Source: a virus (taxonomy: Duplodnaviria; Caudoviricetes). From it: 29,645 bases of DNA. Both the position numbers and the translations under genes were made by a program. This document shows, in pieces, positions 8,443 to 18,100 of this stretch (positions within the stretch are counted from its first letter, which is position 1; each line of letters begins with the position of its first letter). The notes beneath the pieces are model-generated. The model did not search any database, was not told where the DNA came from, and worked only from the letters and a program-made list of their open reading frames with translations. The stretch spans positions 1 to 29,645 of the IMG/VR virus record IMGVR_UViG_3300017707_001293. One strand, given 5' to 3'.

Positions 8443-8788
8443 GAAACCAAAACGTAAAGTCATGACGCAGGAGGAAGTCCCACCGCCGTCACTGGCTTCT
8501 GTGGTCGGGACTGTCCCAAGCTACGCCGCGTGGCGACAGGACAAGGACCGTGTTGCGATCTCGGTGCGTGTGCTTTCGACTCCAGAGCATCGAGAGATGC
8601 TTCAGGTGCTGCGAGCAGACCCAGTCCACAAGAGCTTCAGCACACCCCTGGCTAGTGCCGAAGCAGCAGCAGCTGCCTACTGGTTGCGCCGAGGATACGA
8701 CCTAGCTTTGGACAGTCTAGAAAAGCTAGGAGAGTTGGCTCCCGCGACTAAGAAAGAACCCGAACCCACGTTTGAACCCGAAGATTGA
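8426..8788 (+). CDS. Hypothetical protein (120 aa) preceding scaffold
   Basis: ATG at 8426 (MWSLFKK...) overlapping upstream stop; small helical protein in the slot usually found between portal and scaffold. Confidence 0.7.
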   Translation: MWSLFKKPKRKVMTQEEVPPPSLASVVGTVPSYAAWRQDKDRVAISVRVLSTPEHREMLQVLRADPVHKSFSTPLASAEAAAAAYWLRRGYDLALDSLEKLGELAPATKKEPEPTFEPED

Positions 8789-8790
8789 TT

Positions 8791-9876
8791 ATGGAAGACT
8801 CACCATTCAGAACCGCTTTTAAGGGTGCGATTGCCGCCCAACAAGCCCCTGCCGCGCCGTCTACCGATGGCGGTGCGCCGTCCACCCCTGCCGTTGCGGC
8901 TGTGGCTGCACCAGCGACCCCACAATCGCCACCGACAAAGGTCAGCGCAGCCCCGGCAGCAGATGGCGTCGATCCCGATATGCCCAAGGAGATCGCGTCT
9001 GAGGAGGGTAAGAAGACGTGGAAAACTTGGAAGCAGCAGCATGAAGCCGTGGTCAAGGAGAAGGAGACGCTGGCATCCGAGCGAGAGTCTTTGAAGGCTG
9101 AACTCGCAAAGGCCAAGGCAGAACCTGTTCAGAACCCCGAGGAAATCGCGGCGTTGAAGACCCAGCTCCAGGAGTTGCAGGTCAAGCTCCGCATGAAGGA
9201 CGTGGAAGCCGATCCCGAGTGGCACAATACCTACGTGCGACCCGTGGAGGCTTTGGTCAAGCAGGCCAAGACCCTAGTGCCTGCGGAGCTTCAGAAGGCT
9301 GTCGAACGTGCGCTTTCGGAGTCCGACATGTCTGAGCAGGTATCCCAGCTGGAAGCTCTGTCTGACGGCCTATCCCCGGTCAGGATCTCGCAGCTGGCTA
9401 CGATCGTTGCCCAGGTCGCCAACATCCGTTCTGCAGCCGAGGCTCGCAAAGCCGACTCTGCCGCGCTGGTGAAGGATTACGACCAGCACATGACCGCTCG
9501 CCAGCAGGAGCAGGCCAAGCAGCAGCTGGCGCAGCAGGAGCGAGCCATAGGGACGCACCTGTCTAAGTTCCAGGAGCAGCATGAGATCTTCAAGGACCCC
9601 AAGGTCCAAGAGGAAGTGCGAGGTCTGCTGCTTGGGGAGAACACCCCCGACACGTTGATCGAGTCGGCGCATTACGCGGCCATCGGTCGACGCGCAGCCG
9701 ATGAGTTAAAGACGCTGCGGGAGAACAACGCACGACTGGAAGCGGAGCTCGCAAGGATCGCAAAGGCCCGTCCTTCAACCACAGGGGCTGCTGCGCCTGC
9801 CGGGGCTACTGCTGACACAGATTCCCCACGCAGTTTCACCGGGGCCGTCAAAGCGGCTCTGGCTTCGGCCCGTTAA
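8791..9876 (+). CDS. Capsid scaffolding protein
   Basis: Pro/Ala-rich N-terminus, long charged coiled coil, directly upstream of the major capsid gene. Confidence 0.75.
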   Translation: MEDSPFRTAFKGAIAAQQAPAAPSTDGGAPSTPAVAAVAAPATPQSPPTKVSAAPAADGVDPDMPKEIASEEGKKTWKTWKQQHEAVVKEKETLASERESLKAELAKAKAEPVQNPEEIAALKTQLQELQVKLRMKDVEADPEWHNTYVRPVEALVKQAKTLVPAELQKAVERALSESDMSEQVSQLEALSDGLSPVRISQLATIVAQVANIRSAAEARKADSAALVKDYDQHMTARQQEQAKQQLAQQERAIGTHLSKFQEQHEIFKDPKVQEEVRGLLLGENTPDTLIESAHYAAIGRRAADELKTLRENNARLEAELARIAKARPSTTGAAAPAGATADTDSPRSFTGAVKAALASAR

Positions 9877-9910
9877 ATTCACTCTTGCCAAGAGCATAGG
9901 GTAGGAGTAA

Positions 9911-9954
9911 GGAAGAGCCAGTGGATCGCTCCCCGTGGTCCGCTGGCTCTTTTT
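9911..9954 (+). terminator. Long hairpin with T-tract after scaffold gene
   Basis: GGAAGAGCCAGTGGATC pairs with GGTCCGCTGGCTCTTTT (17+ bp including G-U pairs), ending in a T run. Confidence 0.65.
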
Positions 9955-10105
9955 GGTTTAACCCGAGATGACCGCCGGGACGTAGGCAGCGAGCCTTAGG
10001 GGATAGGCTGAAGCCTGGATGGCCGCAGGCAGAACGGTAGGGATCTTGCACCGCAGGTGCTCGACGACCCATACCAGATCAAACCTCGTTTGATTATCTG
10101 CTTTT
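9955..10105 (+). promoter_or_regulatory. Multi-hairpin 5' leader of major capsid gene
   Basis: Stems AGCCT/AGGCT, GCCTG/CAGGC, GCACC/GGTGC inside GGTA/TACC, and GATCAAAC/GTTTGATT just before the ATG. Confidence 0.45.
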
Positions 10106-11317
10106 ATGAGCTGTCCCAATATCTTCGACGCTTTCCGCGTTGCCACAGAATACCTCGGCCCCGAAGTCTACCGACTCGCGGCATTCACTGACCCCTGGCT
10201 GAATCTTATCCCCCGCAGCACGTATGCTGCGAACACGGGGTTGACGCACTCTGTCTTTCGGGTCAATCGGTCTGAACCCACCAACGACACTCCGACCTGG
10301 AGCACCATCACCCTAGCCAACGGCGGCAACGGTGGGGCTTGCGACGTCACTTACACGGACGTCTCCGTTGGTTTCGATGAGTTCACCTACTCTCCCGAGC
10401 GGTATGCTTGGAAGGGTCCGGTGTTCTGCAAAGACGACCTCTACTTCGATCACGATCCCGACACGTTCCTGACGGGCTATGTCGACAGCTTGGCCGACCG
10501 CGTCCGCAAGGACATCGCCAACCGCTACGAGAGTCAGTATCGCCAGCGAGTGCCGATCTACGTCGCCCAGTCCAACTTCAACCAAACCTACGGCCCGTCC
10601 ACCACGTTGACGGCTCCTGCGGCTACGTCGGAGTTGACCCAGGAGATGTTGGACACGGTCGCAGCAAACCTGATCTACGAGCGAGCCACCAACCCCGATT
10701 CGGCTGGTTACATCTCCCTCGGGCCTGACGGTCCCATCTTCTCGTTGGGTATCGGCATGGAAGCCTCCCAGCTTCTGAGCTTGAACAACAGCGAGTTCCG
10801 ACAGGACCAACGCTGGGCCGAGCCTTCGATGCTGATGAAGCGGATTGGGGCTACCAAAGTCCTCAAGAACTTCCGTCACGTCATCCTGCCGCTGCCTGCT
10901 CGCTACACCCACGATGGCACCAAGTATGTCCCTGTGTCGCGCTTCGCACAGCAGGCCGCGACCAAGGGCTACCGCACGGTGGTCAACGACACATGGATCA
11001 GCCCGACTGGCGCTCCGTACGAGTCTGCCTACGTCCTCTCCCCTTACGTGATGACGAGCGAGCTGATCGCTCCTCGGAACACGGTGGGTCCTGTCACCTT
11101 TGGTGAGCAGACCTTGGGTGAGTGGATCTGGAAGACAGGCCCTGAGGCTCTTGCTCAGGAGTCCGGTGACGCCTGCGTCGATCCGTTCCATAAAAAGGGA
11201 CGGCATTTCGCCGAATTCATGCACGCGTTGCGCCCCGGTGCGCTCGTTCGTTCTGGCGCGGTCATCTTCTTCAAGCGATGTCCGACTAACGCCTACAGCA
11301 CCGTAACCTGCTCGTAA
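10106..11317 (+). CDS. Major capsid protein
   Basis: 403 aa, after scaffold, strong C-ending codon bias, followed by a strong hairpin; call rests mainly on synteny. Confidence 0.82.
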   Translation: MSCPNIFDAFRVATEYLGPEVYRLAAFTDPWLNLIPRSTYAANTGLTHSVFRVNRSEPTNDTPTWSTITLANGGNGGACDVTYTDVSVGFDEFTYSPERYAWKGPVFCKDDLYFDHDPDTFLTGYVDSLADRVRKDIANRYESQYRQRVPIYVAQSNFNQTYGPSTTLTAPAATSELTQEMLDTVAANLIYERATNPDSAGYISLGPDGPIFSLGIGMEASQLLSLNNSEFRQDQRWAEPSMLMKRIGATKVLKNFRHVILPLPARYTHDGTKYVPVSRFAQQAATKGYRTVVNDTWISPTGAPYESAYVLSPYVMTSELIAPRNTVGPVTFGEQTLGEWIWKTGPEALAQESGDACVDPFHKKGRHFAEFMHALRPGALVRSGAVIFFKRCPTNAYSTVTCS

Positions 11318-11329
11318 GCTACTAATCAC

Positions 11330-11369
11330 GGGCTCCTGCGAATCTAACCTCGCAGGAGCCCTTCCTTAA
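11330..11369 (+). terminator. Hairpin terminator after capsid gene
   Basis: Perfect 12-bp stem GGGCTCCTGCGA/TCGCAGGAGCCC, 8-nt loop, then TTCCTTAA (weak U-tract). Confidence 0.8.
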
Positions 11370-11374
11370 TCGCC

Positions 11375-11851
11375 ATGTCGGGAAACCCATCATTCTACGG
11401 AGACGGCTCAACGCAGAACCGTCACGATACCGAACTCGTTTCCCTTCAGAAGATCCTCGGGCGCGTCAACAATCTTCTCAGTCTATTCTCTCCCGTGAGC
11501 ACCACCAATCCTTCATTCTTCCCCGAGGGGTCAACCGCTCGAAAGTCGGATACGCGGTGGAGGATACTCCAGAAAATCAACGGTGGTCTTGGGAACCTGG
11601 AAACGGCGATTCTCGCCACAGGAACCCCCAGCAGTCTTGGATTTTTCAATGTCGCAACGGTTGCAGCCCTTCGCACCTTGGCGACGGTAGTCACCAACAA
11701 AGCCGCTACGGTCCAGTCGAACACGACTGCCGGGGACGGCATGGGTGGCTTGTATTTTTGGGCTTCCGGTAACACAGATGCGGACGATGGTATCTCCACG
11801 ATTCGGCCTTCGGATTACACGACGGGCGGCACTTGGAAAAAGCTTGTATGA
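11375..11851 (+). CDS. Virion decoration/fibre-anchor protein
   Basis: Two N-terminal NPSF..GST....DT....LQKI.G repeats, then a tailspike N-terminal-like module (TVAALR...GDGMGGLYFW...DDG...W). Confidence 0.7.
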   Translation: MSGNPSFYGDGSTQNRHDTELVSLQKILGRVNNLLSLFSPVSTTNPSFFPEGSTARKSDTRWRILQKINGGLGNLETAILATGTPSSLGFFNVATVAALRTLATVVTNKAATVQSNTTAGDGMGGLYFWASGNTDADDGISTIRPSDYTTGGTWKKLV

Positions 11852-14187
11852 AGAAGTTTATTGCATTGGCTTTCTTGTGGGTGGTTGGGCTTAGTGCTCA
11901 GACCAAGTTCGTCAAGTCCGTACCAACTCTTGCCGAGTTGGTTGCACTTAATCCTGCGGACATCCATACCAACGTGATGGTAAACGCCTACTGGATTGGA
12001 AACACCAATTCCATCGGGGCAATCTTCCAGTATGTTCCGACGAGCACGGACACTACGAACACGACCACGGTGTTTAAGCCCACCAGCTACAACGGACGAT
12101 GGATCCGAGTTGAGCTCCCGGCCAATCCTGGATCGGCTACGCAACCTGGATTTAGGTTCCTAGGAGACGACAACACAGGTATCTACACCAGCGGTGCTGA
12201 CGCCATAGACTTCTCCACCGGGGGCTCTCGTCGGTGGGGGATAACGAGCACAGGCGTGCTGCAGGCCCAGGGAGGTCAGTCCATAAGCACCACCGCGTCT
12301 TCCCTCACGTTAAGTCCTTCTGGGAGCGTCGTCTTATCCCCCGGGGGTAGCTCCAAATGGACGGTCAATAGTGCTTCGGGAAACATCATAGGAACGGCTG
12401 GCTATGGGGGTATCTACGGAGGGTCGGGTGTCCCCCTTTCCTTGAATTCGGGTTCGGGGACGGATGCGGTGACGATGACAATCAACGGCACGGAGGGAGC
12501 TAGGCTCGCTACAACGGGATACCTAGGTGTTGGGACTACGGGTCCGGATCGTAGGGTGGATTCGCTGGACGCCAACAATTTGCAGTATCGGGCTACGTTC
12601 ACGGACGGATCAGTGTATTCTGATTGGGGCACACTCAGCACAGGAGCTACACTCTCGACGAATAGTGCTGGACATAGAACCACATCCACCACCGTCAACG
12701 ACACAGCCGTCCTCGCTCGTCAAGTGCAAGGAGGTTTGGCGTTTGATGGGGTGACGACGACGGCATCCGATAGTCACTATATTGGTTCCGACATAGGAAC
12801 TAGCGACATGTCGCTCAGTGTTACGTTTTTAGTTCCAACTGTAAATCCATCAATAGTTTCAGGAATTGCGTATCTATCATCATCATCAACTAGTGGAAAT
12901 GTGGCGAGATCTCTGTATATCAGCATTGACGCCAGTGGAAATTTACAGTGTGTGCTAAACGGATCGTCATCATCGTTATTCGTCTATAAGACTACTCCGA
13001 TAGTGTCAGTATATGGTGGAAAAATAATTACTGCAACGTTTGTGAAAAACGTTTCTGCGGTAACAATGACTGTCTACATCAACGGGGTAGCTTTGACTTT
13101 ATCTGATGTCAATTCCGCTACACCTCCGACTTGGGCGGACCAAATCCTAAGTTCTTATTTTAATCTGGGAAGGCTTACCACATCTTTTTACGCATACAGT
13201 GGTTCAATCTACTCCGCCACACTCTTCAACCGCGCATTGTCTGCTTCTGAGGTTGTGACGTTGGCGAATCAAGGTGTGCAGGAAGCGGATAAATGGGGGA
13301 GTTTGACGCCTACATACAATTCAAACAGAGCAGGTGGATTTGATACTGGCACAGACAGTTTTACTGCCGATGGGACAACAATTGCTGGAAACGTTGATGG
13401 AATCGGCGGTCAAGATGATAATTTAAGTATAACATCTACGGCAACAACCGGAAATCATCGCGCATTCCGTGTAGTAAGTCTTACAGTGGGTAAGAAATAT
13501 CGGGTAGCTTTTTCGTATTACATGTCGGCTTCCACGAATGCGTTTGCCAAACAATTGAATATCATACCATTTAGCGGTAACGCATACCCAATAACATCAC
13601 CCGCAGAAGCTACGTGGACAACGGTGACGCTTCCTGACTTTACCTATACGGGTATTGGAACTACTCTTATCGTTAGGATGGCCGATAACTCGGGTAACAC
13701 AACCTTTACGGGTAACGCAACAGACGTGGTTTACGTTCGAGGAATAACTGTAACTCCAATCGGCTCCATCCTCGACGCCGATCTTTCCGCAGGCGTTGGT
13801 TATCAGGTGCCGGATCGCTCCTCCAACAAATACCACGGCGTTGTGAGCGCGACGGGAACGGCGTGGACGCTCCCTAACAGGCGCGGCCAGATCCGCTACA
13901 CCACGACGGGCGCGACCACCGGAGCATTTCAACTGCTCTCCAGCACGGCGATTCCGGCTAACGCGCTGATCCAATCTATCGTGGCCTGGAGTGCTGGCAC
14001 CCCACTGGTCTACGTCGGAAACGCCACGGGCACATCGAACATCGCCGTTCACACAACTCTTGCGGCGTCCACCTACACGAAGCTGGCGCTCACGAACGAC
14101 TTCTCTACCACTGGCAACCTCTGGCTGAACAAGTCCGCCACAAACGAAGTGAACTTGACCGTCAACTACATGATCGCCGACCCTTAA
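11848..14187 (+). CDS. Fibre-like protein with signal peptide, LamG/ConA-like and CBM-like domains
   Basis: ATG at 11848 (ATGA overlap); MKKFIALAFLWVVGLSA-Q; shaft repeat PGFRFLGDDNTGIY; LamG motifs LAFDG, VYING, LFNRALSASEV. Confidence 0.8.
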   Translation: MKKFIALAFLWVVGLSAQTKFVKSVPTLAELVALNPADIHTNVMVNAYWIGNTNSIGAIFQYVPTSTDTTNTTTVFKPTSYNGRWIRVELPANPGSATQPGFRFLGDDNTGIYTSGADAIDFSTGGSRRWGITSTGVLQAQGGQSISTTASSLTLSPSGSVVLSPGGSSKWTVNSASGNIIGTAGYGGIYGGSGVPLSLNSGSGTDAVTMTINGTEGARLATTGYLGVGTTGPDRRVDSLDANNLQYRATFTDGSVYSDWGTLSTGATLSTNSAGHRTTSTTVNDTAVLARQVQGGLAFDGVTTTASDSHYIGSDIGTSDMSLSVTFLVPTVNPSIVSGIAYLSSSSTSGNVARSLYISIDASGNLQCVLNGSSSSLFVYKTTPIVSVYGGKIITATFVKNVSAVTMTVYINGVALTLSDVNSATPPTWADQILSSYFNLGRLTTSFYAYSGSIYSATLFNRALSASEVVTLANQGVQEADKWGSLTPTYNSNRAGGFDTGTDSFTADGTTIAGNVDGIGGQDDNLSITSTATTGNHRAFRVVSLTVGKKYRVAFSYYMSASTNAFAKQLNIIPFSGNAYPITSPAEATWTTVTLPDFTYTGIGTTLIVRMADNSGNTTFTGNATDVVYVRGITVTPIGSILDADLSAGVGYQVPDRSSNKYHGVVSATGTAWTLPNRRGQIRYTTTGATTGAFQLLSSTAIPANALIQSIVAWSAGTPLVYVGNATGTSNIAVHTTLAASTYTKLALTNDFSTTGNLWLNKSATNEVNLTVNYMIADP

Positions 14188-14191
14188 AACT

Positions 14192-14443
14192 ATGAGCGCA
14201 AACATTGTTCCTATCGAACCCTACAGCTACGGGCCACGGGGTGAGGCTACTCAGCTTCAGGTGAAGTCCTTCACGGGCGCTGTGTTTGGCTATGTGACGT
14301 TCTCTACGTCCGTGCAGAAGGAAGACGGGACCGAGCTGGACACGGCCATGGTCAACGTCACAGCGGAGCAGTTCCAGACCTGGATCGACGACGCGGAGTT
14401 CTTCCGGCTGATAGCTTCTCTGGCTGGGTTCACCCCCATCTAG
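14192..14443 (+). CDS. Small acidic hypothetical protein (fibre chaperone-like position)
   Basis: 83 aa directly after the fibre gene; good codon usage. Confidence 0.7.
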   Translation: MSANIVPIEPYSYGPRGEATQLQVKSFTGAVFGYVTFSTSVQKEDGTELDTAMVNVTAEQFQTWIDDAEFFRLIASLAGFTPI

Positions 14444-14446
14444 GCC

Positions 14447-14701
14447 ATGATCAACGACGACACACAAATCGTCGGAAGGCAGAAGTCCGAGAGCCAAATA
14501 GGCGGTGTCTCGGTTCGAGGGTGGATCGTCTCGATGGTGATGGGGACGATGTGTCTGCGAGAGTTGGCTACGGTAGCGGCTGCGATTTACGAGCACGTCC
14601 CTGTGGAACAGGTTAAGGAACCGTTTTATGGAGTCGTGCTGCTCGTCATCGGATTCTACTTTGGACAGAAAACCCCAACGCAAACCAATGCTAAACCCTA
14701 A
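14447..14701 (+). CDS. Holin-like membrane protein
   Basis: Two hydrophobic segments; C-terminal VVLLVIGFYFGQK pattern typical of small phage holins. Confidence 0.6.
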   Translation: MINDDTQIVGRQKSESQIGGVSVRGWIVSMVMGTMCLRELATVAAAIYEHVPVEQVKEPFYGVVLLVIGFYFGQKTPTQTNAKP

Positions 14702-14885
14702 GATTTCTGTGGCGGTGTCCTGGACTGGCGCACTCGCTACATGGACGTTGCATGAGGTTCAGCAAGGGATCTCCATCACGGTGGGGATACTGACGATCAT
14801 CTACACGTCCTTGCGGATTGAGTCTTGGGTGAACGCCTTCAGAACTTCAGGAAAGAGAAAGCGAAAGTCATGCGAAAACGATTGA
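14688..14885 (+). CDS. Small membrane protein (holin/antiholin-like)
   Basis: ATG at 14688; hydrophobic ISITVGILTIIYTSL followed by basic tail KRKRK. Confidence 0.6.
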   Translation: MLNPKISVAVSWTGALATWTLHEVQQGISITVGILTIIYTSLRIESWVNAFRTSGKRKRKSCEND

Positions 14886-15181
14886 TTCTTGCCGTGGTTG
14901 CGCTTCCTTTAGTGGGATGCTCGACCTTCACCACAAAGCAACTCGATGAATCCAACGCCGAAACCGGACTCAGGAAGATCACCACGACCGTTAAGGTCCG
15001 CACGTTCTGGGATTCCAAGTCGGAACTTGCGAAGCTTAAAGCAACCTCGACCGACAAGAGCCAATCGGTCGGAGTCGGATCCTTTAACGGAGAAGCCCAC
15101 GCCACCAACGCAGTCCTAGCGATTGAAGGCGTCGTTCGTGCCGCCGTAGAAGCGGCCGTCAAGTTTGGTGGAAAACCCTAA
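14870..15181 (+). CDS. Lipoprotein (spanin-like candidate)
   Basis: ATG at 14870; MRKRLILAVVALPLVG-C lipobox; Ala/Val-rich C-terminal helix. Confidence 0.7.
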   Translation: MRKRLILAVVALPLVGCSTFTTKQLDESNAETGLRKITTTVKVRTFWDSKSELAKLKATSTDKSQSVGVGSFNGEAHATNAVLAIEGVVRAAVEAAVKFGGKP

Positions 15182-15187
15182 CGACAC

Positions 15188-18100
15188 ATGGCATCGACAC
15201 TACAACCCGTTTCCTGCGCCTGCTGCGAGCCCGAGGTCGCTACGACGACCACCACATCGTCGTCTGGGGCGTTGCTATCCTTCGCGTCGATGGCGGCGTT
15301 CTATGCGGCTAACGTGACGGGGATCCCAGCAAACGGTTGTGTTGAGATTTTGGGCTACTACAACCCCGGAGACGGCGGCGGTGGGCTGTTCCGCTACGAC
15401 CCTCTGGATGTGTCTTCTCCTGACGACGGTGGTAGGATCCTGGTCAACGGCACGCGCAAGTTTAAGCGGGTCATCAACACCACGGACCCCATCCTTCCAG
15501 AGTTCTTCGGTGCCGTCGCTAACGTAGCCACCCAGGCGCAGGCCGTGATCAACACGGCGGCGTTCCGCAAGTGCGTAGCCTACTACAACCGCATCGATGC
15601 TCTGGGTGCTGCGGGATACCCTGACGCCTCTGCTTCCCCCTCGGCCTACACCTACTACATCGACAACGACATCCGCGTCACCAACGGGACTCGCATTCGT
15701 GGCGCTGGCAAGGGACGCACGTCTATCAAGCTGCTCGCCAACAACGCCCAGGTAGCTGCGCGGGTTGCTGCTGGCAACGGATACTTTTACGCGATCATCG
15801 AAACCAACACGGCAGCAGACGCTCTCGTTGGCGAGGTCTACGGCTTGCCCTACGGAAAGTCTGACAACGTGGTCGTCGAAGATCTGACGCTCGACGGCAA
15901 CGCGAGCAACATTGCGGCGAACCGATGCACGATCCAAGGCACCGATGTTCGCGGGTGCAACTTCAACTGCCGACGCGTGCTGGTGACGGGGGTGTCGAGC
16001 TCATCCCCAGGATACAGCGGAACTGAGTGCTTCCCGATCTTTGCGACGTTCCATGCGGACACTACCGATGCCACGGGTCACAAGGTCGTGGATTGCGAAG
16101 TGACGGGCGCGGCCGACGGTGGAACTGCTGGCGGCGGTCGTGAGATCTCTGCGATCACGTTGAGCGGACGCTCGGGGTTGCTTGCTCGAGGCATCGTGGT
16201 AACCGGATGCTGGGTTCACGATATGACGATCACGGCGAGCCAACCGAGCAGCTTGCACGGCATTTCGCTAGGCTACTCTGAGGGGTCTCAGATCATCGGC
16301 AACGTGGTGTCGGACTTCGACGGCGCGGCAGTTTACATCGACACAGGGACGCTCAAGGAGTCGATCGTTGCGGACAACCTGTTCGATCAGGTTCGCTTCG
16401 GGGTCTACTACGCCTGCACACATTCTGGGGGCGGCGTCGGTTCGATCTACGTCGAGGACGCGCTGATCCACGACAACATCATCAACCTCATCTCGACGTC
16501 GAGGTCTGTGGACCCAGGCGTGGCTTTCTACGGGGTGGTGCTTGGCGTCAATGCTGGCGTCACGGAGCTTGTATTCAACCGCCTTGTGGTGCGCGAAAAC
16601 ACGGTCTATGGGACGGGTTTCACGCAGACGATCGCCAATTTGACGGGGGACACTACCAACGCATCCACGCTCGTTACCGGAGTCACGGCTGGAGTGATGC
16701 ACGCAGGATACTTTGTGACGGGTGCTGGCATCCCAGCCAACGCTACGTGCTTGTTGGAGCCTGGAGCTTTGGACACGTTCTTCTACCTCAGTGCGGCTGC
16801 TACGGCTACGGCTACGGGGGTTGCGCTCACGGTAAGTCAGAAATACTACCCTAGAGGGTTCGGGCTGCTTGTCCCGGCTGCGGCCAACTACAGCGGCGTG
16901 TTGGTGCAGGACAACGTCTTTGAGACCCCCGATGTAGGCATCCTGACATCCTACTACTTCGCTACGACGCCATACTCTCTGGCTGGGTATTTTGCATTCA
17001 CCTACTCGTTCGACGCAACCCGCGCCAAGTGGGCGTTCAATCGCAACAAGCTAGGCGAAGCGGTTCCAGCGACCGTCGTCTACTACAACTACTACCCCGC
17101 CTTTAAGCTTTTCGGCGGCGGCATCCGCAATGAGACGTTCAACCCGAACGAATGGCCTACAGACATTGACGAATCCTGGTACAACGAAACGACTCGGGCA
17201 AGATTTAGCGCCAAGAAGCTCTTCGATGAAGTGCCTTCAGGTGACATCCAGATCGGCATCCTCTACCAAGTTGCGCTCGGGTTGGCTAACACAGACATCG
17301 TCGAATACAACGACAACAGTGTAGCCAACTGTGCCACGACGAACACGTCCCCGATCATCACCGTTCCAGATACGGCCCAGTTGGGTTTGCGCTATCTGGT
17401 TGAAGGCTCAGGGATCCCGCTCAACAGCTACATCACGGAAATCAACGGTCCTACGACGGTCACGATCAGTCAGAACGCAACGGCTACAGCAAGCCCCGTC
17501 ACGCTGCGGTTCCTGTGGCGTGCGGCGCTATCGGGCAATCGAGCTGGGGTTTGTAACTACACCAACGCGTCCACTAACGTCACATGTGCGGACACTTCGC
17601 TTTTGGGCATCGGTGAAGAGGTCGTGGACGCGGCGTTCCTGAACGCTGGAACCCGCATCTCGGCAATCACGGGTCCGACAGCTTTTACCGTGTCGGCCGC
17701 AGCCATCGCTACAGGAAGCTCGACGCCTTACATCAATCCCGCAGCGGGTGCCCTGGGCAACGGAGGAACTTTCGACGGCATCAACGGAGAGAGCACCTAC
17801 ACGGCAACCGGAGTCGCCAAGGTTTACGAGCACGTCTCCTATTCTTGGCAGATCGAGGGCAGCGACATTTGGCAATATGGGTCGGCTAGCACCTATGTTT
17901 CTGCGGCGATTCTCGACCGGGATCGCATGTTCTACGGCCACTTCTCTGTGGTTTTCGGGACCGACGATTCGGAGAAATACGTCTACCTCCCGGACCCTGC
18001 GGACTACGCAGGACGAGAGTTCTTCCTGGTCGTCAAGAAGGGCGCGACTACGGGAGCCCGAGCGATCAATCTGCGCGTCGGAACCCCGTCAGCTTACAAC

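Noticed and set aside
9877-10105. tRNA, CRISPR mini-array or known riboswitch in the capsid leader
   Set aside because: No cloverleaf or T-loop consensus, no repeated spacer-separated units, no recognisable aptamer consensus.
10313-11329. 338-aa antisense ORF over capsid gene
   Set aside because: Codon-bias shadow, as is 21523-22599 over the adaptor.
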